From an uncultured delta proteobacterium (GTDB lineage Bacteria > Desulfobacterota > Desulfomonilia > UBA1062), in NCBI GenBank assembly GCA_963798485.1, contig CAWCTR010000007.1:192001-256000 (forward strand): 64,000 nucleotides of DNA, written 5' to 3'. The position numbers and the translations under genes are program-made. The notes under the pieces are model-generated. The model saw only the letters and a program-made list of their open reading frames with translations, did not search any database and was not told where the DNA came from. This document shows, piece after piece, positions 1 to 9,249 of the stretch; within the stretch, counting starts at the first letter, position 1, and each line of letters begins with the position of its first letter.

Positions 1-910
1 GGTAGGCAATGCAGCCTATCCACCCGTGATGCTTTTGAAGGCACTCCTTCTGCAGAAGTGGTTTGGGATCAGGAGCGATCCGGAGCTGGAGAACCAGATC
101 AATGACCGGGTATCGTTCAAGGTGTTCATAGGGTTGCCGCTGGGTGATGCTTCACCTGACCACAGTGTAATCAGCCGGTTCCGAGACCGGGTGGGTGCCA
201 AAGTGATGGAACGTGTCCATGCCAATCTCCTGGGGCAGCTTCAGAAGAAGGGATTCTCCATTGATGCAGGGCTTGCGGTAGATGCGAGACTGGTCCGGTC
301 GGTATCTTCTCCAATAAGCAAGGACAAGCTTGAAGAGAAGAGACAGGAGCGGGAGCAGAGGAAACAGGATAAATCGAAGGAGCCCATGAAGTTTGGACGG
401 GACCTTGAGTCTGACTGGACGAAGAGGAAAGAGGTTTCCTTCTATGGGATGAAGGAGCACGCATCAATAGATGTAAAGAGCGGGTTGGTGATGTCCACCC
501 TGCTATCGAAGGCATCCGAGCATGATACGAACTATTTCCAGTATACAGTGATCAAGGGGATTCACACGAAGAAGCTACCGCCGAAGGTGTATGCGGATAA
601 GGGTTATCATGGGCAAGCGAACCGTGAGTTTTTGCATATCAACGACATGGCGGACGGGATCATGCGCAAGGATGAGAGGAATGCGGTATTGACAGAGATG
701 GAGATCGAGCGGAACAAGATGATCTCGAAGGTCAGATACAAGATTGAGCAGTATTTCGGAGTGACAGCGCTCCACCAGGGTGCGGGACAAGCCCGGTTCA
801 CCACCCTTGTTAAGGAGGGTTGGGATCGGCTCTGTCATGCCATTGCGTTCAACATCAAGAGATCATACCTCGCGGGGGTCAGTAAGACGGTTCCTGTTCC
901 TGCAACCTAG
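1..910 (+). CDS. IS5-family DDE transposase (5' end runs off the window)
   Basis: Frame is open from the window edge (VGNAAYPPVMLLKALLLQKWF). Motifs PDHSVISRFR, VDARLV, YADKGY and RYKIEQYFG give the DDE triad typical of IS5. Confidence 0.9.
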   Translation, partial: VGNAAYPPVMLLKALLLQKWFGIRSDPELENQINDRVSFKVFIGLPLGDASPDHSVISRFRDRVGAKVMERVHANLLGQLQKKGFSIDAGLAVDARLVRSVSSPISKDKLEEKRQEREQRKQDKSKEPMKFGRDLESDWTKRKEVSFYGMKEHASIDVKSGLVMSTLLSKASEHDTNYFQYTVIKGIHTKKLPPKVYADKGYHGQANREFLHINDMADGIMRKDERNAVLTEMEIERNKMISKVRYKIEQYFGVTALHQGAGQARFTTLVKEGWDRLCHAIAFNIKRSYLAGVSKTVPVPAT

Positions 911-1063
911 GGACAGGTGTGTCCAGAGGATGAGAACTGCCACAGGGCAGAGGGCAAAAGGGGAAGATCAGGCACCAGAGACAGTTCAGATTCATGGATT
1001 TTGAATGAAAAATGAACCGAAAATATTTGATCCAAACCTAAACTTTGAATATGCAAAGGTCTA
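1..1063 (+). mobile_element. IS5-family insertion sequence, right part
   Basis: Transposase followed by ATGCAAAGGTCT at 1051-1062 (reverse complement AGACCTTTGCAT), resembling IS5/IS1106-type terminal inverted repeats. The left end lies outside the window. Confidence 0.75.
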
Positions 1064-1090
1064 TTGAAGTGAATTTTCTCAGGGTTTAAT

Positions 1091-1163
1091 GCCCAATAAT
1101 CATATCCGGCGAAACGGCTTAAGCCGCCAGCGATGCCTGGCGTTAGACAGCAGATGGTTGGGC
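1091..1163 (+). other. attC-like integron recombination site (degenerate)
   Basis: 73 bp imperfect palindrome: GCCCAATAATC at the start pairs with GATGGTTGGGC at the end. It ends in a GTTRRRY box (GTTGGGC), with a second GTTAGAC inside. Confidence 0.45.
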
Positions 1164-1189
1164 CGATCTGAGCTGGCAGGAAGAGATCT

Positions 1190-2102
1190 GTGAACGAGTT
1201 CATCGCAAGCAGCACGGCACTCGCTACCTCGCATGCGAGCGGTTCATACTCGCCTCGATCCGGATCCGCTTATCGATGATCCCTGGGGGGAGCGTATCGT
1301 ACCGGAATGGTTCCGGGAGGCGTTTCGCCAACTGGTGCTTGCCGAAATGGATTCGGATGCGCGTGCCAAAGCGCCGGCCTCGCCTGACTCGATTCTCGAT
1401 GCTGCCCTGCGCGCCAATCCAGCATACGCGGGCGTCATCATCCGGGCGCGCTACACGGAAGATGCCCTGAGAGCGGCAGTGGAGAACGGTATCCGCCAGT
1501 ATGTCATTATCGGCGCCGGATTCGACAGTTTCGCACTTCGTGGTCCCGCCTTTGCCCGAGAAGTAGATGTCTATGAAATCGACCATCCCGCAACACAGGG
1601 AATGAAATGTCAGCGACTGCGGGAATGCGGCCTCTCTCTCCCAGGATCGGTCCACTTCATCGAAGCTGACCTTGCCGAGGAAGAACTCGGAACAGCATTG
1701 GCCCGGTCGTCCTTTCGGTCGAATCATAGAGCCTTCTTCTCCTGGCTCGGCGTAACGGTGTACCTCACACGCGAGGCGAATCTTGCAACCCTGCGCGCAA
1801 TCGCTACATGCGGAACTCCGGGAAGCGAACTGGTCTTCACATACATTGATGAACGCGAGTTCAATTCGGATTCCGACACGGGATCGTTTCGCGAGGTTCA
1901 GACAGCTACAGCGTCCGTGGGTGAACGATGGGTATCGGGATTCGATCCGACAAAGATCGCCGAGGACCTGCGACGGGCCGGCCTCATACTGGTGGAGGAT
2001 CTGGAGGGAAATCAAATGGCAGAGCGCTATGGTAGAACCGGTGAGAATAGCTTGCGGCCTGCGGCTACGGCGCACATCGCTCGTGTGCGCATCCCCGGTT
2101 AA
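1190..2102 (+). pseudogene. Class I SAM-dependent methyltransferase (LCM/TIGR00027-like), N-terminal frameshift
   Basis: QYVIIGAGFDS, VYEIDHPAT and WLGVTVYL motifs. RBS plus GTG1190 reads NEFIASSTALATS, then shifts frame into ATG1233 (MRAVHTR). Confidence 0.75.
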
Positions 2103-2139
2103 TTCAAGTTACGCGCCGTCTGAAAATCCGGGGACATCA

Positions 2140-2388
2140 TGCGGGGTCAATAAAACCCTGGATATGAGACGGTCGTTCGAATCGGCCGCATGCATCGACG
2201 TAGAGACAGTTACGGTTGAACAGATGAATTCCATCATTTCCGAGGCCCTCATCGACGGCAGGGGGATCTTCATGGATATGCTTCAGGAGGAGCTGGGAAA
2301 ACGGCTCATCCATGTCCCCTTTACGGCGCATGACCTGATTGCCGAGATACAGGGAATACAATCGAGTGCGGCGATACCGTTGTCCTGA
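2140..2388 (+). pseudogene. Probable 3' gene remnant (weak resemblance to a DUF512-family C-terminus)
   Basis: Protein-like stretch IISEALIDGRGIFMDMLQEELGKRLIHVPFTAHDLIAEI with no credible start. Confidence 0.25.
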
Positions 2389-2419
2389 ACGAGGGAGTTT
2401 CTCTCACATCTTGAAAAGA

Positions 2420-2447
2420 CTGGATTCGAAGCTTCCGCGGGAATGAC
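2420..2447. repeat. Degenerate REP/dRS3-like palindrome
   Basis: CTGGATTCGAAGCTTCCGCGGGAATGAC resembles the CTGGATTCCCGC..CGCGGGAATGAC repeat family. Confidence 0.55.
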
Positions 2448-2524
2448 AATCTCGGACTTTTGCAATTGGCTCAAACGAATGGCAGGTATTATCAAACGGA
2501 TTTCACAATTCTTATAAAACTGGC

Positions 2525-2578
2525 GCCGGGTATTCGGCAGTCGGTAAAGGAAGGCATATCATAAGCCAAATACCCGGC
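2525..2578. repeat. Inverted repeat (14 bp arms, one mismatch)
   Basis: GCCGGGTATTCGGC ... GCCAAATACCCGGC. Confidence 0.6.
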
Positions 2579-2624
2579 ACCCGGGGCCGAGAAGGAAAAT
2601 AGGCCTCAATAGTATTTCATGTCC

Positions 2625-2656
2625 GGCGGGTTACTCATCGCTTCACCCGCCCTGTA
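2625..2656. repeat. REP-like hairpin
   Basis: GGCGGGT-tactcatcgcttc-ACCCGCC followed by CTGTA. Confidence 0.45.
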
Positions 2657-2668
2657 TCCAAGAGAATC

Positions 2669-2707
2669 AGGGTCAGAATCCACCCCATGCATTTGGATTC
2701 TGACCTT
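2669..2707. terminator. Stem-loop downstream of the acyl-CoA dehydrogenase (terminator or REP)
   Basis: Perfect 12 bp stem GGTCAGAATCCA / TGGATTCTGACC between convergent genes. Confidence 0.5.
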
Positions 2708-2732
2708 TGAACCCCGAGAGCTGTCCCCTTTT

Positions 2733-3992
2733 TTACTCGTAAACCTTTTCATCCTCCGCATCGGCGTTTACCGCGTCGGCTTCAACGTCTCGCACGTCCT
2801 CTTTAACAATCGACTTGAAGTATTCCTTGTACCACTCGTTCTGGATGATGAGCTGCATGATCTCGTTAGAGCCCACCCAGATCATGGAGAGTCTGATGTC
2901 GCGCACGATCCTCTCCAGCGGGTAGACATTGGTGTAGCCGATGCCGCCGACCGTCTGCATACACTTGTTGGCGATCTCCCAGGCCGCCTCTGTCACGAAT
3001 TTCTTGGCCTCGGAGACCAGACGCCGCACCCGGTTCGGGTGGACCTTGCCCGAATCCACTGCCAGGCAGGTGGAATAGACGAGCGAACGGGCTGCATCCA
3101 GCATCATGACGGAATCCGCCACCTTGAAGCCTACGGCCTCGAACATCTGTATGGGCAGCCCGAAGGCCTTGCGCTTGCTCGTATAACGCGTGGCGATCTC
3201 TATGGCCGGCCGAACCGAGCCGAGCGTCATGGCCGCAGTGCCGAGCCGCTCCGGGATCATCATGCGCACGAACACATCGAAACCTCCGTTGATGCCGTTC
3301 AACGCATAGCGCTCGGGTACGCGCACGTCCTTCAGCACGAGCCTGCCTGCACCGCCTCCCCGCACGCCCATGAGCCCATATAGGTATTTGCTCTCAACAC
3401 CTTGTGTCCTCGGCACCATGAAGGCGGTCATGCGCTTGTGCGGCGGTGCATCCGGGTCGGTGGCCGCATAGACCAGAAACCAGTCGGCACCCTCTGCGCC
3501 CACGATAAAGCGCTTCTGGCCGTTTATGATCCAGTCGCTGCCGTCTTTCTTGGCTATTGTGGTGGCGCCGAAAAAGTCTGACCCGCCTCTTGGCTCGGTG
3601 AGCCCTTCCGCTGCAAAGGTCTCCCCCTTGAGCAATGGCACCACTATCGCCTGTTTCAGCTCGTCATTGCCGAAGAGCGTGATGGCCTCGCACACGATGT
3701 CCGCGCCCACACCCCACAGGCACGCGAGCGAGTAACTGGCAACACCCACTTCCTCGGCCACGATGGAGTCATCAACCCAGCTTAAGCCCCTGCCGCCGAG
3801 CTCTTTAGGGAGCCTGATGCCTAAGAGGTTCCTGCGCCCTGCCTCCTGCAGGTATTCGTGCGGGAACTGGATCTTCTCGGCATCCATGTCGAGGATGAGC
3901 TGCTTGGGGACCCATTTGGTGAATGCCCGGGCCTCGTCGCGCAGTTTTTTCTGTGCATCGGTCATGATATAGTCGAACATGGTTCTCTTCAC
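2733..3992 (-). CDS. Acyl-CoA dehydrogenase
   Basis: LTEPRGGSD, INGQKRFI, IGYTNVYPLERIVRD and IWVGSNEIM motifs. Confidence 0.93.
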   Translation of the reverse strand: MKRTMFDYIMTDAQKKLRDEARAFTKWVPKQLILDMDAEKIQFPHEYLQEAGRRNLLGIRLPKELGGRGLSWVDDSIVAEEVGVASYSLACLWGVGADIVCEAITLFGNDELKQAIVVPLLKGETFAAEGLTEPRGGSDFFGATTIAKKDGSDWIINGQKRFIVGAEGADWFLVYAATDPDAPPHKRMTAFMVPRTQGVESKYLYGLMGVRGGGAGRLVLKDVRVPERYALNGINGGFDVFVRMMIPERLGTAAMTLGSVRPAIEIATRYTSKRKAFGLPIQMFEAVGFKVADSVMMLDAARSLVYSTCLAVDSGKVHPNRVRRLVSEAKKFVTEAAWEIANKCMQTVGGIGYTNVYPLERIVRDIRLSMIWVGSNEIMQLIIQNEWYKEYFKSIVKEDVRDVEADAVNADAEDEKVYE

Positions 3993-4015
3993 CCCGTATA
4001 ACGAATTGTTGTTTT

Positions 4016-4044
4016 ATTATCCATTTTTGTTATATTTCTGTCAA
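4016..4044 (-). promoter_or_regulatory. Sigma70-type promoter for the ACAD gene
   Basis: TTGACA-17 nt-GATAAT on the minus strand. Confidence 0.55.
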
Positions 4045-4127
4045 GGCTTCCCTGCAGACCCCAAAATGGGCTTGCCTTTTAACGACCGGGGAACCTACAT
4101 GGAACTCAACCCTTTGGAGATGCGGCC

Positions 4128-4475
4128 ATGGGATTTAAAGAAATCGGAAGAAAGATTCAGCAGGCGCGTGAGGCAAGAGACTTGACCCAGGTGGAACTCG
4201 CACAGACACTGGGCATCACCCAGGCCGCCCTATCCAACTATGAGCTGGGAAAGCGCCGGCTCTACCTCCACCAAATCGAAGAGATCGCCCGGCTTCTGAA
4301 CAAGGACCTGGAATACTTCATCGGCACCAATAATGAGGTCGTCCCTGAGCGCCCTCTTGACGCATCCTCGCTTCAGGATCGGATCATCCCCTGCATAAAG
4401 GCTATGGACGAAGGCGATCTCCGTGCCCTGACCCTATACCTCGACTTCCTGACATGGAGGAAAAAACATGGGTGA
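4128..4475 (+). CDS. XRE-family HTH transcriptional regulator
   Basis: LTQVELAQTLGITQAALSNYELGKR HTH_3 motif. Confidence 0.92.
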   Translation: MGFKEIGRKIQQAREARDLTQVELAQTLGITQAALSNYELGKRRLYLHQIEEIARLLNKDLEYFIGTNNEVVPERPLDASSLQDRIIPCIKAMDEGDLRALTLYLDFLTWRKKHG

Positions 4476-5592
4476 GCTAACCCCCAAACAGTACAAACTC
4501 ATTGAACAGGCCCGTGCATTTGCCCGGGAATTGACTTACCATTTGGACGAAGAGGCCGGGAAGATAGAGCAGGCCCGCAGGCTCTTTTCCGCCTTTGCCG
4601 AGAAGGGCTACCATGCCCTTCTGATCCCCAAAAAGTATGGCGGCAAGGGACTTGATTATCTGAGCACCGGGATGATCTATGAGACCTTGGGCTGTGAGAT
4701 CCCGGGCACCCTTTCCGGCCCACTGTCTTCGGTGCATTGCGCATTAATGATCGAAAGCGCCTGTCAGAATGCCTTTCATGAGCAGTGTCTGAGGGACATT
4801 GCCAAGGATTATGCCCCGCCGGGGTTCTGCCTGACCGAGGAGGCCGCAGGCTCCGACATTACCGCCATAAGCACTACGGCCATCAGGCAAGGTGATGGAT
4901 ATGTTGTTAACGGCACCAAGAGCATTGTTATCAACCATGCCATCGCGCGTATCTTCATCGTCTTTGCCACTTATCCGACAGGATCGGGCCGGGCTGCGTT
5001 GAATGCCTTTGTCGTGGGCGCGGACCTTCCTGGAATCACCTTAAGCGAGCCGTATGATACGTTAGGGTATGCGAGCGGGGTAATGGGGAGCGTATCCTTT
5101 AACAATGCTCGCATTCATAAAGATTGCCTCTTGGGCGAACAAGGCAGCGGCTATCTCCTCTTCATAGAAACCCTGGACAAGGGCAGGCCGCTGGTAGCTG
5201 CCTGCTGTGTAGGCGAGACCAGCCGTGCCCTTGATCTGATCATCCGCTATTCAAAGGACCGTATCCAGTTCGGCAAGCCCTTGAGCACCTTCCAGGGTGT
5301 CACCTTCACCTTGGCCGACCTTGCCACAAGGGCGCATGCGGCGAGGCTCATCTGCCGGGATGCCCTGGAGCGCATCGATGCGGGCAAGCCTTTCACCATG
5401 GAGGCATCCATGGCCAAGCTCTTTGCCTCTGAGGTTCTCTTCGATTGCGCATCCTTCGGCATGGATATCCTCGGACACAAGACCATCACCGCAAAAAGCG
5501 AGATCACCCGGATCTACCACGACGCCAGGCTCATGAAGGCCATCGACGGGACAGCGAACGTCCAGAGAATGATCATCGCCTCCCAGTTGTGA
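4468..5592 (+). CDS. Acyl-CoA dehydrogenase family protein (divergent)
   Basis: CLTEEAAGSD, VNGTKS, RIQFGKPL and AIDGTANVQR motifs. Overlaps the XRE gene stop. Confidence 0.88.
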   Translation: MGELTPKQYKLIEQARAFARELTYHLDEEAGKIEQARRLFSAFAEKGYHALLIPKKYGGKGLDYLSTGMIYETLGCEIPGTLSGPLSSVHCALMIESACQNAFHEQCLRDIAKDYAPPGFCLTEEAAGSDITAISTTAIRQGDGYVVNGTKSIVINHAIARIFIVFATYPTGSGRAALNAFVVGADLPGITLSEPYDTLGYASGVMGSVSFNNARIHKDCLLGEQGSGYLLFIETLDKGRPLVAACCVGETSRALDLIIRYSKDRIQFGKPLSTFQGVTFTLADLATRAHAARLICRDALERIDAGKPFTMEASMAKLFASEVLFDCASFGMDILGHKTITAKSEITRIYHDARLMKAIDGTANVQRMIIASQL

Positions 5593-5606
5593 TCGGGTGC
5601 ATGAAG

Positions 5607-5714
5607 TGAACCTTTTAGATGGATATCAAAAAACTCAAAGGATGGACAGTCACTCGAAATGCCTATTCTTTATAGAGGCTTTTGATACCCTTTAGCTTGC
5701 TGCGGGGTAGTTCA
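5607..5714. mobile_element. Degenerate MITE/REPIN-like element
   Basis: Right end reads (reverse complement) TGAACTACCCCGCAGCAAGCTAAAGGGTATCAAAAGCCTC. Left end TGAAC...GGATATCAAAAAACTC is a decayed inverted copy. Confidence 0.45.
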
Positions 5715-5748
5715 GTTCAATGAAATAATTTGAACTTCCAGGCATGCA

Positions 5749-6108
5749 TCAAGCCTTTTTCTTGGCCGCCTTCTTTTTCTTTGAAGGAGCCCGGTACGCC
5801 GCTGCGAGCGCATTCCTTGCCCATGCTGCGAGATCGTCACTGTCCTCCAGAACGTCAATGGGTACTTCATAGTAACTCATGACATATGATGTGTCGTCAA
5901 AAGGCCGGAAGGGTTCCATTCCGGCCTCTTCAAAATCGGACCGGTTCGTTTCATCCACCTTGAAGTACAGCGTATCATAGGCAATAAGGGCGAAGATGGT
6001 GCCGTCCAGGTAGAGGCCCGCCCCGCCGAACATCTTGCGGGAGGTGACCACCCCCAGGCCTCTCAACTGGTCGAGGACATAGCGCAGGAACTCATTATTC
6101 ACTGACAT
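5749..6108 (-). CDS. TfoX/Sxy N-terminal domain protein
   Basis: RKMFGGAGLY, LYFKVDE and MSYYEVP motifs. Confidence 0.9.
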   Translation of the reverse strand: MSVNNEFLRYVLDQLRGLGVVTSRKMFGGAGLYLDGTIFALIAYDTLYFKVDETNRSDFEEAGMEPFRPFDDTSYVMSYYEVPIDVLEDSDDLAAWARNALAAAYRAPSKKKKAAKKKA

Positions 6109-6157
6109 GGATGTCTCCTGTATCAAAAACTTCATTCCTTTGCAGAATAACTACACC

Positions 6158-8092
6158 CTAAACAAGCGAGAAATCGAGCTGGCCGTTGGTCCTGTCCGCC
6201 CGAATGAGCCTTACCTGAACGATCTGCCCTATGGTCTGCCGCACTGACTGCGACCGCCTGCCCCTTCGTGAAGGCTCGCCTTGAAAGCTATCATTCCTCA
6301 CCAGCCCGTCCACGGGCGGATCAATGACCTCGATGAACATGCCGTAGGGCATGATGCTCGTGATCACTGCATCGAACTCATCGCCGAGGCGCGACGCCAT
6401 AAAGGCCGCAGCCTTGATCTTGAGCGCCTCCATCATTGCATCATCCGTGATCTTCTCCCGCTCGGTCACCTCCGGTGCCACCTTCTTGAGCTGTTTTAGG
6501 GTATGGTCCTGCTCCTTCCTGGTCATGCCCCTGGGGTCCAGCGCAGCCTTGACGAGCCGGTGTATCACCAGGTCCGGGTATCTCCTGATGGGTGAGGTAA
6601 AATGGAGGTAGCCCGTGCAGGCCAGCCCGAAATGGCCGAGGTCTTCGGGAGAATACTGGGCCCTTCTCAGCGACCTCAGGATGTTGGTGTTCACAAAACC
6701 CTCCAGGTCTTTCCCCTTGTAGGAATCGGAAATGGCCTGGAGCACCGTCGAGACACCCTGTGATGAAGTAGCCGCCTTCTTGAGCCGCGACAAGAGTGCG
6801 GATGAGAACCCTATCTCGCCTAAGGTCTCCACGAGTTCGAGGAGGTCTTCGGTCTTTGGAGGCTCGTGCACACGGAACAGCACGGGCATGCGGCGTTCCA
6901 GTAAAAACGTGCATACCGTCTGGTTCGCTAATAGCATGGCCTCCTCGATGAGCCTTTCTGCCGGTCCGTTCCTGGACCTCTTGATACCCTCCACCTTTCC
7001 TGTGCTGTCGGTCGTCATCTCCACCTTGGACATGTCAAAGTCCAGGCCGCCCCGCTTTCTTCTACGGTCCCGCAAGTGTATTGAGAGCTTATGGAGTTCG
7101 CCGAGCCGCCAGGCGATCTCGTCATCAAAGCCCTTTTCAGAGGCATTTCCCTCCAGGAACAGCCCCACCTCATCATAGGTGAGCCTTGCTCGGGACCTTA
7201 TGACCGCTTCGAATACCTTATGAGAGACCACCTTGCCCCTGGGGCCCATCACGATCTCAACAGCCATGGCAAGCCTTTCCTTACCGGGCTTGAGGCTCAT
7301 CACATCATTGCAGAGCACCTCTGGAAGCATGGGGATGGCGACCTCCGGGAAGTAGACACTAAACGATCTGGCCCTGGCCTCCATGTCGAGAGCCGTGCCC
7401 GGCCTCACTGCATGGGCAACATCTGCTATGGCGACAGTAAGCAGCCTTGTCCCGTCTTCAAGCCGCTCGATACCCACGGCATCATCGAAGTCGCGGGCAT
7501 TGACGCCGTCGATGGTGAAGAGCACCCGGTCCCTGAGATCAGTTCGCAGCGATTGTTCTTTGTGCATATCGATACTGCCGGCCCGCGCGGCCTCGCCTTC
7601 CACCTCCTCGGGGAAACCCCAGGAAAGGCCGTATTTGACAGTCACCATCCTCAGGTCATCACCCACACCCTCGGGGATGGATAGTGACCTGTCCACCTTG
7701 GCCTCCAGGGTGCCCACCTTCCTGATGCCCTTGGAGGGGACGATTACAACCGTGACCATATCGCCGCTTCGTGCATCGCCCTCGGAGCCGAGCGGGATGA
7801 TTATGGTGTAAGGCATCGGCCTTGCAGGCTCCAGGACACCGAACTTGCGCAGCCTCACATACCTTCCGCTTATGGTGCGCCTGGATTGATTGATGATGGA
7901 TACGACCTTTCCCCTTAAGCCCTTGCGGTCGCGCCATGCGCTCACCTCTACAAGGTCTCCGTCAAGGGCGCCGTTCATGGCCTCAGGCGGAATGAAGACC
8001 CCGTCATCCAACCCCTTGGCATCCACAAAGGCGTATCCTTTGGGGTTCCATGTCAGTTTCCCGGTAATACCTTTTTTCGTTCTCTTATCCAT
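6158..8092 (-). CDS. rnr: Ribonuclease R (RNB family)
   Basis: Cold-shock domain, FTIDGVNARDFDDA catalytic motif, HFTSPIRRYPDLVIHR, C-terminal S1 domain. Confidence 0.9.
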   Translation of the reverse strand: MDKRTKKGITGKLTWNPKGYAFVDAKGLDDGVFIPPEAMNGALDGDLVEVSAWRDRKGLRGKVVSIINQSRRTISGRYVRLRKFGVLEPARPMPYTIIIPLGSEGDARSGDMVTVVIVPSKGIRKVGTLEAKVDRSLSIPEGVGDDLRMVTVKYGLSWGFPEEVEGEAARAGSIDMHKEQSLRTDLRDRVLFTIDGVNARDFDDAVGIERLEDGTRLLTVAIADVAHAVRPGTALDMEARARSFSVYFPEVAIPMLPEVLCNDVMSLKPGKERLAMAVEIVMGPRGKVVSHKVFEAVIRSRARLTYDEVGLFLEGNASEKGFDDEIAWRLGELHKLSIHLRDRRRKRGGLDFDMSKVEMTTDSTGKVEGIKRSRNGPAERLIEEAMLLANQTVCTFLLERRMPVLFRVHEPPKTEDLLELVETLGEIGFSSALLSRLKKAATSSQGVSTVLQAISDSYKGKDLEGFVNTNILRSLRRAQYSPEDLGHFGLACTGYLHFTSPIRRYPDLVIHRLVKAALDPRGMTRKEQDHTLKQLKKVAPEVTEREKITDDAMMEALKIKAAAFMASRLGDEFDAVITSIMPYGMFIEVIDPPVDGLVRNDSFQGEPSRRGRRSQSVRQTIGQIVQVRLIRADRTNGQLDFSLV

Positions 8093-8157
8093 AGGGTAAA
8101 ATCCTACCATTGCGCATCCAGGCATGCAATGATAGAGCGTTAAAAGAGCCTTAAAAC

Positions 8158-8796
8158 ATGCAGAAGACGAAGACCATGGAGAAACAGCTCAAAAAAAAGC
8201 GCCCCTACGGTCCTGATGTGAACCTGGTCTACCAGGACGGGGCGGCCCTTGTGGAAAAGACGTATCGGGACAAGCCATGGTCAGTCAAGAAGGCCGGCTT
8301 GCTCATGGTGCGCTGGGAGACATATATCTATTCAAAATTAAAAGGCATCACCGGCATCCCTCGTGTCATACAGAGCCCGGATGCCTATACCATCACAACC
8401 ACCTTCATGGGGGGGCATGACCTGAAAGACGCCGGCAGTAAGCCTGACGAGGCCTATTTCAAGAACCTGGAGGAACTCATCAAGACAGTCCATATAAAAG
8501 GCGTTGTACACCTGGACATGCGCAACCGCAGGAACTACGGCATGGACGATGAGGGCATGCCCTATCTTGTGGACTTTGCCACAAGCCTCTACACACCCCT
8601 TAAGGGGCCGTTGTGGAGGATGTTATGCAGGATCGACTGGATGGGATACCTGAAGGTCAAGGCCAGGCTTAACCCCATGCTCCTCTCCCGCCAGGAGAAC
8701 ATGCAGCACACCATGGGAAACGCGCTGAGCCGCCTGTGGTTTCCATCGAAGATTGTGCCCTTCTTAAGGGGCTTATTTCGCCGGTTCTCCCGGTGA
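8158..8796 (+). CDS. Small kinase-fold protein (RIO/Kdo/Bud32-like)
   Basis: VEKTY, VHLDMRNRRN and LVDFA kinase motifs. Confidence 0.7.
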   Translation: MQKTKTMEKQLKKKRPYGPDVNLVYQDGAALVEKTYRDKPWSVKKAGLLMVRWETYIYSKLKGITGIPRVIQSPDAYTITTTFMGGHDLKDAGSKPDEAYFKNLEELIKTVHIKGVVHLDMRNRRNYGMDDEGMPYLVDFATSLYTPLKGPLWRMLCRIDWMGYLKVKARLNPMLLSRQENMQHTMGNALSRLWFPSKIVPFLRGLFRRFSR

Positions 8797-9060
8797 GCCG
8801 CCAAGTTGACGCAGTGTGTCCTGTGCCTGTTTGATCTGGCGCTTAATGACCCTCACCCTGAGGTAATGGGAGGCCTGCCGGGGAAGCTCTATTGTCATGA
8901 TGGGAACCATACCGGCCACAAAGAAGACCAGCATGAGTGTCCAGAGCTGGAGAGGCGCCATGATCCGGTAGCCTAGAAAAGAAAGGGTAAAACCCTGTAT
9001 GTTGTTTACACAAAAGGTGATCACCACAAGCAACATCAGGATGGAAAACACGATTCTCAT
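8773..9060 (-). CDS. LapA/DUF1049-family membrane protein
   Basis: Two hydrophobic helices (FCVNN..TLSFLG; PLQLWTLMLVFFVAG) and a basic coiled-coil tail. Confidence 0.7.
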   Translation of the reverse strand: MRIVFSILMLLVVITFCVNNIQGFTLSFLGYRIMAPLQLWTLMLVFFVAGMVPIMTIELPRQASHYLRVRVIKRQIKQAQDTLRQLGGSPGEPAK

Positions 9061-9249
9061 ATACTGCATGGAATTCCTATACTCCCTCATAAATAGTGAA
9101 ATCAATCTCAATAGTCACATGAAACGAATTCCCGGAATCCGGATACGTTCATACCCTTAATGAAAATGGTATTGATATTTTTAGCGGCCCCATATATATA
9201 CCTCTGTTTGTGTCTATTGTTCACTTCCAGGCCAATAGAGGAGCCGTGA

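Noticed and set aside
1224-2075. 283-aa minus-strand ORF
   Set aside because: Antisense shadow of the methyltransferase
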